Source of the DNA: Bacteroidales bacterium
Lineage (GTDB): Bacteria; Bacteroidota; Bacteroidia; Bacteroidales; WCHB1-69
Reading direction: 5' to 3'
NCBI GenBank assembly: GCA_024400835.1
Contig: JAKSMC010000008.1
Span: 5,082-69,081, forward strand
Length of the DNA stretch: 64,000 nucleotides
A program made the position numbers and the translations under genes. A model generated the notes under the pieces. The model worked only from the letters and a program-made list of their open reading frames with translations. It had not been told where the DNA came from and did not search any database. Positions within the stretch are counted from its first letter, which is position 1. Each line of letters opens with the position of its first letter. Below, piece after piece: positions 13,106 to 22,656 of this stretch.

Positions 13106-14272
13106 ATGAAACCCCTAAACACAGTTGTAAGCATTGCTCTAAACGTACTGTTTTGCACAGTATTGCTTTGGTTTTTCACCCGTAACGCCTTCTTACGCCC
13201 CTACGCAGGGACACCCCTCAAAGAAATCCTGGCCGGACTCCTGCTTTTAGGGACAATCTATGCAAACTACTTTTTTCTCTATCCAAAACTCAATCAACAT
13301 TACCCGCACATCTTCTATTGGCTTGTACTGCTCTTTTTATCTTTGACGACAGGATTCTTGGACCTAGCTCTCGCCTATCGTAACATATCATCTTGCTGCG
13401 ATGATGTTATACAATCGATTGGTTTCTTTAGTTTCTTTTCAAAACGTTTGTTTTTCATCGCTTCGCGCAATTTCGCTTTCAACTTATTTCCCTTTTTGTT
13501 CAGGGAACGACAATATTATCAGCAATTACAGGAAAAAGAAGTCCACGTTGTTTGCAAAGACACCCGAAAACTTGATGTGATAGACAATGAAAGCAATGTT
13601 CTCCTCGTTTGCATCGATGACATTCTTTATTGTCAACAGCAAAGGAACTTCACGGACATATATATGGTGCAAAACAAGCATTTCACACGGACCGGTTCTA
13701 TGAAACATCTCGAACAACTGTTCGGAGAAGAGGATTTTATCCGCATCACTAATAATCTGTTAATACCATTCCGGCACATTAAGGCATGTAAAAACAACAC
13801 AGTGGTTATGAGGAAAATGCCATGGAAAGAAGAACCCATCTCGTTTGAGTTGGAGTCCAAGAACTCAAATAAAATTGAAGAAAAAATTATGGAGGGCCTT
13901 TTGCGATATCGGTCAAAGACAAACGGTGAGAGCATCCCCAAGAGCCCCAACCGTCCAAAGACCAGGCAGAAGCCAATAACACCTCCTGATGAGAAACTCA
14001 AAGCTGTACTTTCCCATATCAAAAGACACCCGAACTGCAATGCGAAAATGATTGTCACTGTGACAAAAATCCCCTTGAGCACAGTCGAGCGTTGCATCGC
14101 TGTGTTAAAAAAGCAGGGGCTTATAGAACATACGGGCAGCAAAAAATCCGGCGGATACCATTTGGCCAGCACCCCACAGGAGGGAGGCGTTAGCGAAGAA
14201 AATACTGCAGAGGAGAAGCCCAACCTGCCATCATCCGAGGAAACAAACAAAAGAGCCTTGTCCAGCGATTAG
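13106..14272 (+). CDS. Membrane-anchored LytTR-domain transcriptional regulator with an extra C-terminal winged-helix domain
   Basis: The N-terminal ~130 aa form several hydrophobic helices. The LytTR-like core is LVCIDDILYCQQQRNFTDIYMVQNKHFTRTGSMKHLEQLFGEEDFIRITNNLLIPFRHI. A Lys/Pro-rich linker follows. The C-terminus LKAVLSHIKRHPNCNAKMIVTVTKIPLSTVERCIAVLKKQGLIEHTGSKKSGGYHL is wHTH-like. The start is taken at MKPLNT. Confidence 0.75.
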   Translation: MKPLNTVVSIALNVLFCTVLLWFFTRNAFLRPYAGTPLKEILAGLLLLGTIYANYFFLYPKLNQHYPHIFYWLVLLFLSLTTGFLDLALAYRNISSCCDDVIQSIGFFSFFSKRLFFIASRNFAFNLFPFLFRERQYYQQLQEKEVHVVCKDTRKLDVIDNESNVLLVCIDDILYCQQQRNFTDIYMVQNKHFTRTGSMKHLEQLFGEEDFIRITNNLLIPFRHIKACKNNTVVMRKMPWKEEPISFELESKNSNKIEEKIMEGLLRYRSKTNGESIPKSPNRPKTRQKPITPPDEKLKAVLSHIKRHPNCNAKMIVTVTKIPLSTVERCIAVLKKQGLIEHTGSKKSGGYHLASTPQEGGVSEENTAEEKPNLPSSEETNKRALSSD

Positions 14273-14339
14273 GGTTTGTACCCCCGCACATCTACTGCTT
14301 ACTGCGCAATAAAAAAGCCCCGAGAATTCGGAGCTTTGG

Positions 14340-14423
14340 TGGTGCGGATAGGGAGACTCGAACTCCCACTCCAAAGGAACTAGATCCTAAGTCTAGCGCG
14401 GCTACCAATTACGCCATATCCGC
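14340..14423 (-). tRNA. tRNA-Leu (anticodon UAG), CCA encoded
   Basis: The reverse complement is GCGGATATGGCGTAATTGGTAGCCGCGCTAGACTTAGGATCTAGTTCCTTTGGAGTGGGAGTTCGAGTCTCCCTATCCGCACCA. It has a 7-bp acceptor stem GCGGATA/TATCCGC, anticodon stem CTAGA/TCTAG with loop CTTAGGA, and a long variable arm. Confidence 0.9.
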
Positions 14424-14502
14424 GTTTTTTTGGAGGGCGCAAAAATACACTTTTTTCTGAATCATTCGGGTTGTGACAATCACGAGTTCAAGTTTATTCT
14501 CT

Positions 14503-16818
14503 TCATTCTTTAACAAAGCTCTTCACTATCACTCGACCTTTCGTTTCTTTAACACCCAGATAATAGACACCAGCCTTCAGGTTGCTGACATTGACACTGT
14601 TGTCTCCAAGTTTCAATTTGAGTGTTTTCACCTTTCTACCTGTTGTGTCGTACAATACGGCCTGAGCGTTACCGCCAACGCCGTCCAGCCATACGTTCAG
14701 TTTGTCAACGACGGGATTCGGATATATATGCAAAGAGACATTTGAAGAGTACTCGGTCACACTGGCCGTGGGGTCTCCTACAGCCAAACAGTACTGTCCG
14801 GGCATCAGATTCTCGGTTTTGAGGTAACCCGCCACGGGACTGCCACTGCGCGTCACCGGGACAATCACCCACGGAGCAGAGGCCGTCGGGCGATAAAGCA
14901 GTTTGAGGTTGTCCTGGTTATATCCGGCCATCAGCTCATAATCGAGATTGGAAGGCGTGCCTGACTGGAAGCGGAACTGGAGATAACCTTGCGGGATAGT
15001 GTTCACCGCATTGTCGTAGGCCATCAAGACATTCCAATAGTGGTTGTCGGAGACACGGTAAATGCCGTCGGGCAGTTGCTGCGGCATATCGGCAGAAACC
15101 AAGTTGTGCTCCACGCGCACGAAAACGGAATCGGGGAAACTTTCCAAACGGACCGAGCAGTTCGCTTCACTGCAAGACAGATTAGTGGCTGGGGCCATCG
15201 TTTGGGTGTAGTCTATGGTGGCATCCGTCAGTTTCTCATAGAAATCCACCACACCGAAAGCCGGAACAAACGGCAGCGTCACATCCACGGTTCCGAACTC
15301 GCCGGAGAACATAGCATTTTCGACCGTGAAGAGTTCGCGATTGGGCGCGACGAACGTCAAATCCACCTTGTTGCTGTTGGCGAAGTGCGTGCCTCCCAAC
15401 AATTTCTGATGGAGATAGACACGATAATCGTTATTCTGCAACGGGACAATAGAATCAATGGAAAAATGCAGGAATCCGGGATTGTGGACCCAGCCTTCGT
15501 AAAAATCGTGCAAAGGCAAGCCCGTCACCTGAGCCAGGTACTCGAACATTTCTTCTGAAGAGACATTTTGGTAGGCGAAATGATTCAGCAGACTTTTAAT
15601 GCCGCCGAAGAAGAGGGAATCGCCCATATAGCTGCGCAAAGAATGCACTATCAGAGAACCTTTGTCGTAGGAATGCGTGCCGTATGTCACCTCTTGGGGC
15701 ACATTGTCCAAGGCATAATGGCCGCCATCGTATTTCACAATGCCTTTGAGGGTGGCGCGATGCACCTCGCGGATATGCTCCTTATAGGCATCTTCGCCGC
15801 CCATCAGGCCATCCACAAGAGCCTCCGAATAGGTGGCAAAGCCTTCATTTATCCACATCTCCTCTGCCCTATTGCAAGTTATCAGATCGCCGAACCAGTG
15901 ATGGAAGAGTTCGTGCGCATAAAGCGACTGGTTGGCCACCGTGCCCGTAATTGCCGCATTGGGATAAGCGATGTTAGTGGCGTGTTCCATCGCACCACTC
16001 GAGAAGTTGACCGCCACATAGCCGACCCGGCTCCAACGATACGGTCCGAAAAGTTGTTCGTACATCCGCAATATTTCCTTCAGATGCACAAATGAGCCGG
16101 CCACCTTGTTGATGGTGCTGGGCTGGGCATAGATATTTATGGGAATCGTTCTTTCCATTCCCTGGAAAGTGTCAGCATATAGGACGTACGGGCCGACTGC
16201 CATAGAAGCCAGGTAAGTGGGGATTGGTTCGTTCAGCTGCCACGTCCACACGCGCGTGCTGTCGGCCAGCGTCAGAGAATCGGTCAGCTCGCCGCCGCAG
16301 ACGGCCATCTTGCCGTTCTCCGTGCGGATGTGCATCGTATAGGAAGACTTGTCCGTAAAAACATCGAGGCAGGGGAACCAGCAACGGCCGAAGTTATGGG
16401 GCTGGTAGTCGAAAGCCGCCCCCATATTGTAACAGTATTGTCCTGAGAAATAGAAGCCGCCCCATCGCGTGTCCGAAATGGGCGTTCCGCGATAATAGAT
16501 GCGCACAACGGCCGTATCATTCTGACTGCTATTATGGTTGACGAACACCTTATAGTCATCTTGGCTAAAGGCCACAGGCTGCGTGCCCACAAGGACGGAG
16601 TCAACCGTAAGGCTTTGCAAGTCGAGCACATACTGTGACAAAGTCGGGACTTTGGTAACCACCGTCAAGTCGACGTAGCCGTCGATAGTTCTGTTCGCGA
16701 AATCCAGCACATTGAGATGAAGGTCATAGTGTGCTACGTGAAGGGTATCGCTTATGTTCTGCGCCAGGCAGAAAGTGCATGCGAACATTATGGGAATGAG
16801 GGCGAAAAGTTTTTTCAT
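14503..16818 (-). CDS. M1-family zinc aminopeptidase with T9SS C-terminal sorting domain
   Basis: It has a signal peptide MKKLFALIPIMFACTFCLAQ. It contains the GAMEH exopeptidase motif, the HELFHHWFGD zinc site (HEXXH) and a downstream NEGFATY. The C-terminal ~80 aa (LHIYPNPVVDKLNVWL...GVYYLGVKETKGRVIVKSFVKE) look like a Por-secretion tail. Confidence 0.9.
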   Translation of the reverse strand: MKKLFALIPIMFACTFCLAQNISDTLHVAHYDLHLNVLDFANRTIDGYVDLTVVTKVPTLSQYVLDLQSLTVDSVLVGTQPVAFSQDDYKVFVNHNSSQNDTAVVRIYYRGTPISDTRWGGFYFSGQYCYNMGAAFDYQPHNFGRCWFPCLDVFTDKSSYTMHIRTENGKMAVCGGELTDSLTLADSTRVWTWQLNEPIPTYLASMAVGPYVLYADTFQGMERTIPINIYAQPSTINKVAGSFVHLKEILRMYEQLFGPYRWSRVGYVAVNFSSGAMEHATNIAYPNAAITGTVANQSLYAHELFHHWFGDLITCNRAEEMWINEGFATYSEALVDGLMGGEDAYKEHIREVHRATLKGIVKYDGGHYALDNVPQEVTYGTHSYDKGSLIVHSLRSYMGDSLFFGGIKSLLNHFAYQNVSSEEMFEYLAQVTGLPLHDFYEGWVHNPGFLHFSIDSIVPLQNNDYRVYLHQKLLGGTHFANSNKVDLTFVAPNRELFTVENAMFSGEFGTVDVTLPFVPAFGVVDFYEKLTDATIDYTQTMAPATNLSCSEANCSVRLESFPDSVFVRVEHNLVSADMPQQLPDGIYRVSDNHYWNVLMAYDNAVNTIPQGYLQFRFQSGTPSNLDYELMAGYNQDNLKLLYRPTASAPWVIVPVTRSGSPVAGYLKTENLMPGQYCLAVGDPTASVTEYSSNVSLHIYPNPVVDKLNVWLDGVGGNAQAVLYDTTGRKVKTLKLKLGDNSVNVSNLKAGVYYLGVKETKGRVIVKSFVKE

Positions 16819-16966
16819 ACAGACATTTTTAAGGCTGCAAAGATACTAAATATAGTCTTGCGTCCAAAAACAGTTCATACCATCCAGTGAAAAATAGCGA
16901 CCAATATTGCCTATCATAAAACAAAGGATAAAAAAAATCAAATTATCTGATATAAAACATATTAAA

Positions 16967-17030
16967 GAATGAAAATTTGGAGTACCACTTCAAATTTTGA
17001 ATGAAATTTTGGAGTAGCGCTTCAGATTTT
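16967..17030. repeat. 32-bp tandem repeat (2 units) in a gene-free AT-rich region
   Basis: The two units are gaatgaaaatttggagtaccacttcaaatttt and gaatgaaattttggagtagcgcttcagatttt. Confidence 0.8.
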
Positions 17031-17205
17031 CATTCAAAAAAAGGAGCCTACTCGCCTATTGGCCCATAAATAAGGGTAACTATATACTTGTTGACCTAAT
17101 TGCTTTTTATAACATAATTTTGGGATTACTACTGATGCGATAAATTTCGAATGCCAATATATCTGTTCTATTCCCGTCGGGCCTGCCCGAACGGAGGCGC
17201 CCATT

Positions 17206-17354
17206 CCCCTTCTTTTAGAAGGGGTGGCTGAAAGCCGGGGTAGTGATATGGGTGTTTGCGAAGCAACCTTTATATAACGGATAATAATGTACGGCTTCGC
17301 CGTGATGTTTATGCCACTACCCTGCCCTACGGGCACCCCTTCTAAAAGAAGGGG
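17206..17354. repeat. 149-bp GC-rich MITE-like or structured element bounded by exact 19-nt inverted repeats that are themselves hairpins
   Basis: 17206-17224 (ccccttcttttagaagggg) is the exact reverse complement of 17336-17354 (ccccttctaaaagaagggg). The interior has nested complementary segments: gggtagtg/cactaccc and gcgaagc/gcttcgc. Confidence 0.6.
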
Positions 17355-18002
17355 AATTTATGATCGCGCAAAATTTGCTTTTGCGCTTAATGTGTGATGA
17401 TAATAACCTTGCGCCTTTGAGAAATGAACAAATAGTGTTTTTCAAATCAAAAAATCAAATAATGTTTGTATTTTATATTATATCAATAACTTATAAGATT
17501 TTTTCAAAATTTATCGCAACATTAGTATTTTGGGATATAGACATAGCCCTACGATTTTCACCAACGAACACGAATGTAGATCAACCTCTATATAATTCGT
17601 GTGTATTCGTGTTAATTCGTGGGAAAAATAAGCAGGGCAACAAATATGTGCCCCCCATTTATATGATTTTCAACACGATTTTTATTTGATTTTGAGCGCA
17701 GCGACCTTGTTTTTCCCAAACATTTTCGAGCAGATTCTTTTTTGATTTTAAAACATCCATTTAAAAAATTTCTGCCACAACGCAGTCACCTATGCAAGTT
17801 TCAAAATACCAATGAAAATCCCATCAAAAATAGCCAGGGAAAACTGGCTTAATATGGGGTCGTCGTCTTTCAGACTCCTTAAAATCATATTGAAAATCCA
17901 ATAAAAAATCTAATGAAAATATCGCAGACTTCTCAATAGCCCAAATATTGTCCAAAAATTGCTAAACAATCAATGTTTTCGGGCCAACAAGTATATGGTT
18001 GC

Positions 18003-18036
18003 AAAAAAAATCCGGCACCACGCAAATGGCACCGGA
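18003..18036 (-). terminator. Rho-independent terminator of the PLP-enzyme gene
   Basis: The minus-strand RNA is uccggugcca-uuugcg-uggugccgga, a 10-bp stem including two G-U pairs, followed by U8. Confidence 0.7.
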
Positions 18037-18060
18037 TTTCTATGATTGAACTATCTACAA

Positions 18061-19257
18061 TTAGCAAGTAGCGTCGATAGCTTGTTTAATCAATTGGAAT
18101 GTGCGTTCCGGATCGTTGTCGAGGCCGACGGAGAAGCGGATAAGGCCTTCGCTCATGCCCATTTCCTTTTGGATATCTTCAGGAACTTCGGAAGATGTAG
18201 ATTTACCGGAGTTGGAGAAGAGGGTCTTGAAGTAGCCCAAGCTGACGGCGAGGTAGCCAACGCCGAGTTCCTGCATTTTTTCCATAATAGCAGAAGCTCT
18301 GTCAGCCGTACCCATATCGATGGAAATCATACCGCCGAAGCCGTATTCTTCATTCATCATAGTCTTGAACAATTCGTGGTCAACGTGTTCAGGAAGGCCT
18401 GGGTAGTTGTATTTGATACCGGTTTCTTTGAAGCGTTTTGCCAAATACATAGCGTTTTCGCTGTGTTTCTTCATACGGATATGGAGGGTGTGCAGATTCT
18501 TTTGGATGCTGGAAGCGCGGAAAGAATCCAAGACAGGACCGAGCAACATAGCAGTACCGTCGTTAACATCGATCAAAGAGTTGATGTAAGCAGCAGAACC
18601 ACAGATAGCACCAGCCACACAGTCATTCATACCGTTGACATATTTGGTCATACTATAGATAACCACATCAGCGCCGAGACGATACGGAGAGAAGATCATC
18701 GGAGTGAAGGTGTTGTCAACCAACAATTTTGCGCCAGCAGCGTGAGCGATCTTAGAAAGTTCGGGAACATTAGCGATGCGGAGCAAAGGATTGTTCATTG
18801 TTTCGGTATAGAGGACCTTTGTGTTCGGGCGGATAGCAGCCTTAACAGCGTCCAGGTCTTGCATATTAACGAAAGTAACTTCAACACCGAATTTCTTGAT
18901 GTAGTTGTTCAAGAAGGCGAAAGTACCACCGTAGGTTGTCATACTGGAGACGATGTGATCGCCAGCTTTCACTTCGTGCATCAAAGCAACGGTGATGGCA
19001 GCCATACCGGAACCGGTAGCCCATGCGCATTCTGTACCTTCCATAGCAGCCAATGATTCGCAGAGAGCCATTGCGCTCGGATTCCAATGTCTGGAGTACA
19101 AATAGTAACCTTCGGTCTCACCGTGGAAAGTATCCGTCATAAGGTGAGCTTTTTCAAACATAAAGGTTGCGCTATCGTTGATAGCCGGGTTGACGCCACG
19201 GTAAGCATCTTTTTTGTCCAACTTTTCGATGTTGGTTGCGGGATCAAATTTTTCCAT
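18061..19257 (-). CDS. Cys/Met-metabolism PLP-dependent enzyme (trans-sulfuration family; methionine gamma-lyase / O-acetylhomoserine sulfhydrylase-like)
   Basis: The 398-aa product contains ...YSRHWNPS...GSGMAAI...DNTFTPMIFSPYRLGADVVIYSMTKYVNG..., with the PLP-lysine motif S-x-TKY. Substrate specificity cannot be read from the sequence. Confidence 0.8.
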   Translation of the reverse strand: MEKFDPATNIEKLDKKDAYRGVNPAINDSATFMFEKAHLMTDTFHGETEGYYLYSRHWNPSAMALCESLAAMEGTECAWATGSGMAAITVALMHEVKAGDHIVSSMTTYGGTFAFLNNYIKKFGVEVTFVNMQDLDAVKAAIRPNTKVLYTETMNNPLLRIANVPELSKIAHAAGAKLLVDNTFTPMIFSPYRLGADVVIYSMTKYVNGMNDCVAGAICGSAAYINSLIDVNDGTAMLLGPVLDSFRASSIQKNLHTLHIRMKKHSENAMYLAKRFKETGIKYNYPGLPEHVDHELFKTMMNEEYGFGGMISIDMGTADRASAIMEKMQELGVGYLAVSLGYFKTLFSNSGKSTSSEVPEDIQKEMGMSEGLIRFSVGLDNDPERTFQLIKQAIDATC

Positions 19258-19386
19258 ATTATTTGTGTTTAATTGTTGTTGAAATTTGGGAGCGCAAAGA
19301 TATGATTTTTTTTGTCACGTTGAACGAATTTCAGCATAATGAAAAGCATTGATTCCGAAGGCAAACAAAGGCAAGAATACCAGATT

Positions 19387-20523
19387 CTATGCTCTATCGG
19401 CAGATTTCCCGCCGCGCGCAAGCAGCACCATTCCGATAACAGCGGCGGCGGCAGAAGAGAGCAGAATGGCAATTTTGGCGGAGTCCACCATCATAGGACT
19501 GTCAAATGACAAAGCGGCAATGAAAATGGACATCGTGAAGCCAATGCCTCCGAGGCAGCCAGCGGCCAGGAGGTGGCGAGTGCTCATCTCCGGAGGCATT
19601 TCCGCCAGGCCTAAGGTGATCACCAGCCAAGACATCACGAAGATGCCCAAAGGCTTTCCGATGAGGAGGCCGGCCATAATGCCGAGTGCGTGGGGTCGGA
19701 ACAGTTCTGCCAGCATCGGTCCTTTCAACACTATAGCCGTATTGGAGAGCACAAACAGCGGGAGAATGACCCAATAGACGGGCAGGTGCAGCCAGCGTTC
19801 GGCGCGCACGGCGGGGCGCTTCTCGCCCCCGTCACGATACGGCATAGCCACGGCGGTCAGTACACCTGCTATAGTTGCGTGCACCCCAGAGGCCATAATC
19901 AGCGCCCATAGCACAATGCCAAGGGCCAAATAGAGCCACAGCGCGTCCACGTGCCGCGACTTGTTGAGCCAGAGCATCACCACGAAGAGCAGCAGTGCGG
20001 CAACAATGAAGACAACGTCAATGCCCGAAGTGTAGAAGATGGCAATGACCAATACGGCGCCGATGTCGTCAACAACGGCCAGCGTGAGCAAAAAGGTTTT
20101 CAGTGAGGCCGGCACGCGCGAGCCCAGAAGGGCCAGGATGCCAACCACAAAGGCAATGTCCGTGGACATCGGAATGCCGAAGCCCATAGAGGAGGGTTTC
20201 CCGTAATTGACGAGCAGGTAGATGGTGGCCGGCAGCAGCATACCGCCGAGCGCCGCAGCCAAAGGCAGTACCGAACGCCTCCACGTGCTCAAGGTGCCCA
20301 CCAGCATCTCACGTTTGATTTCCAAACCGACGAATAGGAAGAACACAGCCATGAGCCCGTCGTCTATCCAGTGCGACACGGGATGGCCGAGCAGCGAACG
20401 GTTCCAAAAATCCAAATATCTTTCGCCGAAGCCGACATTGGCCAGCACCAGCGAAGCAACGGCGCACAGCAGCAAAAGATAGCCGCCAATCGCATCTTTC
20501 TGTAATACAGCATACTTTTTCAT
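19387..20523 (-). CDS. nhaA: Na+/H+ antiporter NhaA
   Basis: The 378-aa polytopic membrane protein contains ...HWIDDGLMAVFFLFVGLEIKREML...AVVDDIGAVLVIAIFY..., which are NhaA family hallmarks. Confidence 0.88.
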   Translation of the reverse strand: MKKYAVLQKDAIGGYLLLLCAVASLVLANVGFGERYLDFWNRSLLGHPVSHWIDDGLMAVFFLFVGLEIKREMLVGTLSTWRRSVLPLAAALGGMLLPATIYLLVNYGKPSSMGFGIPMSTDIAFVVGILALLGSRVPASLKTFLLTLAVVDDIGAVLVIAIFYTSGIDVVFIVAALLLFVVMLWLNKSRHVDALWLYLALGIVLWALIMASGVHATIAGVLTAVAMPYRDGGEKRPAVRAERWLHLPVYWVILPLFVLSNTAIVLKGPMLAELFRPHALGIMAGLLIGKPLGIFVMSWLVITLGLAEMPPEMSTRHLLAAGCLGGIGFTMSIFIAALSFDSPMMVDSAKIAILLSSAAAAVIGMVLLARGGKSADRA

Positions 20524-20610
20524 AAGGCAATTGTTCTAATGTTGATGCCGCAAAAGAACAAAAATACCTTTTGAAAAAAAATTGATTTTATAGATAAGGA
20601 AATGGACGTA

Positions 20611-22533
20611 CTACTCACTAAGTTCCAGCCACTCCATCTCTTTTTCTTCGAGTTGCTGCTTAGTTTCTTCGTACTGCTTGTACAATTCGCCGGAGGCAAT
20701 CTCCGCCGCATATTTGTCCGGATCCGCCAACTTGGCTTCAATCTCTGCAACCTTTTGTTGAAGTGCCTCGACTTCATCCTCAAGTTTGCGAAGACGGTTC
20801 TTTTTCTTACGGTCGGCTGCTTCCTGCTCCTTGCGGCGTTCGTAGTTCTCCTTGTTGGATGACACCACCTTCTCTCCAGAGGCAACGGCAGCGGCCTGTT
20901 TGCGCTGCAACTCGTTCAAAGACTCCAGTTTGCGCTCGGCGAGGAAATCATACACGTCACCCGTGTAACCGCGGAGTTGCTTGTCCTTGAACTCGTAGGT
21001 CTTAGTAGAGAGGCCTTCCAAAAAGTCACGGTCGTGGGAAACGAGAATCAGGCTGCCCTCATATTGCAGCAGCGCGTTTTTCAGCACATCCTTTGAGGGC
21101 ATATCCAAGTGGTTGGTAGGTTCGTCCAGAATGAGGAGATTGAAGGGTGAAAGCAGTAACTTCGCCAAGGCGAGGCGGGCCTTCTCACCGCCGGACAGCA
21201 CTTTCACCTTCTTCTCCGTGGCCTCCGTGTCAAAGAGAAAACTGCCGAGAATGGTTCTGATTTTGGGACGGATGTCGCCCACCGCCACATCATCGATAGT
21301 CTCAAACACCGTTTTTTCAGGGTCCAGAAGTTTGGCTTGGTTTTGAGCATAATAGCCGATGACGACTTGGTAGCCGAGGTTGAGTTCGCCGCCTTGCGGG
21401 GCCAATTCGCCCACAATGGCTTTCACCATAGTGGACTTGCCTTCGCCATTTCTTCCCACAAAGGCCACACGTTCGCCGCGTTCCAGATGGAAATCGACCT
21501 TGTTCAGCACATTGAGGTCATCATAGCCGAGCGAGAGTTGCTTGGCCTCCACCACCATACGGCCGGAATGCGGGGCCGGTGGAAACTTGAAAGTGATAGA
21601 TGATGAATCGTACTCGTCAATCTCCACCCTATCCATTTTTTCCAGCATCTTCAACCTGCTCTGAACCTGTCTGGCCTTGGTGGCCTTGTAACGGAAACGT
21701 TCGATAAAACGTTCTATCTGGGCAATCTGCTGTTGTTGGTTTTCGTAAGCAGCCTGTTGATGTTCAATGCGTTCCAATCGTTGTTCAACATATTTGGAAT
21801 AACTGCATTTATAATCCTGAATAGTGCCGCAGGTAATTTCCACGGTGCGGTTCGTCACACGGTCAAGGAAAGCACGGTCGTGGGAAACCAGGATAACACA
21901 GCCGTCATAGTTGGCCAGGTAGTCCTCAAGCCACTGGATAGACTCAATATCCAAGTGGTTGGTAGGTTCGTCTAACAAGACGATTTCCGGTTTTTGGAGC
22001 AGGATTTTGGCCAGGCACACGCGCATTTGCCAGCCGTTGCTGAACTCTGCCATCGGGCGTGGGAAATCCGTGCGTTTGAAGCCCATGCCAGTGAGGACCT
22101 TCTCAGCCTCCCCTTCTATCATATTGCCTCCGAGATGAGCATAACGATCGTTAGCATCGGAAAGTTGCTGGGCAAGTTTGGCATACTCCTCAGATTCGTA
22201 ATCGGTGCGGTCGGAAAGTTCCGTCGTAAGGCGCTGCATCTTGCTTTCCAATTGCTTGACCTCAACAAACGCAGACATAGTCTCCTCCCAAACGGTTTTA
22301 TAGGAAGTTTCGGCCAGTTCCTGCGGCAGATAGCCGGTTTTGAAACCGGTAGTGATTACCATCGTTCCGGAAGTCGGTTCTTGATCCTTGTGGATGATTT
22401 TGAGCAAGGTGGACTTGCCCGCTCCATTATGTCCGACCAAACCGATGCGGTCTTTGTCGCCTGCCACAAAGGAGATGTCATGAAACAGAAAATCACCAGT
22501 GAAATTAACAGATAGTTTGTTGAGCTGAATCAT
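20611..22533 (-). CDS. ABC-F family ATPase (two ABC domains, no TM domain, C-terminal coiled coil)
   Basis: It has two Walker A sites (GHNGAGKST and GRNGEGKST), two signature motifs (FSNGWQMR and LSGGEKAR) and a Lys/Glu-rich C-terminal tail. Confidence 0.9.
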   Translation of the reverse strand: MIQLNKLSVNFTGDFLFHDISFVAGDKDRIGLVGHNGAGKSTLLKIIHKDQEPTSGTMVITTGFKTGYLPQELAETSYKTVWEETMSAFVEVKQLESKMQRLTTELSDRTDYESEEYAKLAQQLSDANDRYAHLGGNMIEGEAEKVLTGMGFKRTDFPRPMAEFSNGWQMRVCLAKILLQKPEIVLLDEPTNHLDIESIQWLEDYLANYDGCVILVSHDRAFLDRVTNRTVEITCGTIQDYKCSYSKYVEQRLERIEHQQAAYENQQQQIAQIERFIERFRYKATKARQVQSRLKMLEKMDRVEIDEYDSSSITFKFPPAPHSGRMVVEAKQLSLGYDDLNVLNKVDFHLERGERVAFVGRNGEGKSTMVKAIVGELAPQGGELNLGYQVVIGYYAQNQAKLLDPEKTVFETIDDVAVGDIRPKIRTILGSFLFDTEATEKKVKVLSGGEKARLALAKLLLSPFNLLILDEPTNHLDMPSKDVLKNALLQYEGSLILVSHDRDFLEGLSTKTYEFKDKQLRGYTGDVYDFLAERKLESLNELQRKQAAAVASGEKVVSSNKENYERRKEQEAADRKKKNRLRKLEDEVEALQQKVAEIEAKLADPDKYAAEIASGELYKQYEETKQQLEEKEMEWLELSE

Positions 22534-22579
22534 AGGATTAAGAGGATGATAGGGGTAAAGAAGCTTTGAAAATCAACTT

Positions 22580-22608
22580 AAAAAAGGGTGAAGTCGAAAC
22601 TTCACCCT
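22580..22608 (-). terminator. Rho-independent terminator downstream of the rpoBC-DUF3467 unit
   Basis: agggtgaagt-cgaa-acttcaccct forms a perfect 10-bp stem. It is followed on the minus strand by a U-run. Confidence 0.7.
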
Positions 22609-22656
22609 CCATAATAATTTATAGTATAAAGAATTTTGAACGTTTCTCAAATAAGA

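Noticed and set aside
17034-17689. ORFs 17034..17336 (-) and 17360..17689 (+) in the gene-free tract.
   Set aside because: They have implausible composition and no motifs. They overlap the hairpin-bounded repeat element and AT-rich repeats, so they are probably not coding.
18046-19056. The 336-aa + strand ORF opposite the PLP-enzyme gene. Similar antisense ORFs lie in rpoB/rpoC (for example 28271..29524, 27476..28150) and in the adhesin gene (for example 38260..39345, 42667..43635).
   Set aside because: In every case the opposite strand carries an unmistakable conserved protein. The antisense translations are low-complexity Ser/Asn/Ile- or Val/Asp-rich strings.
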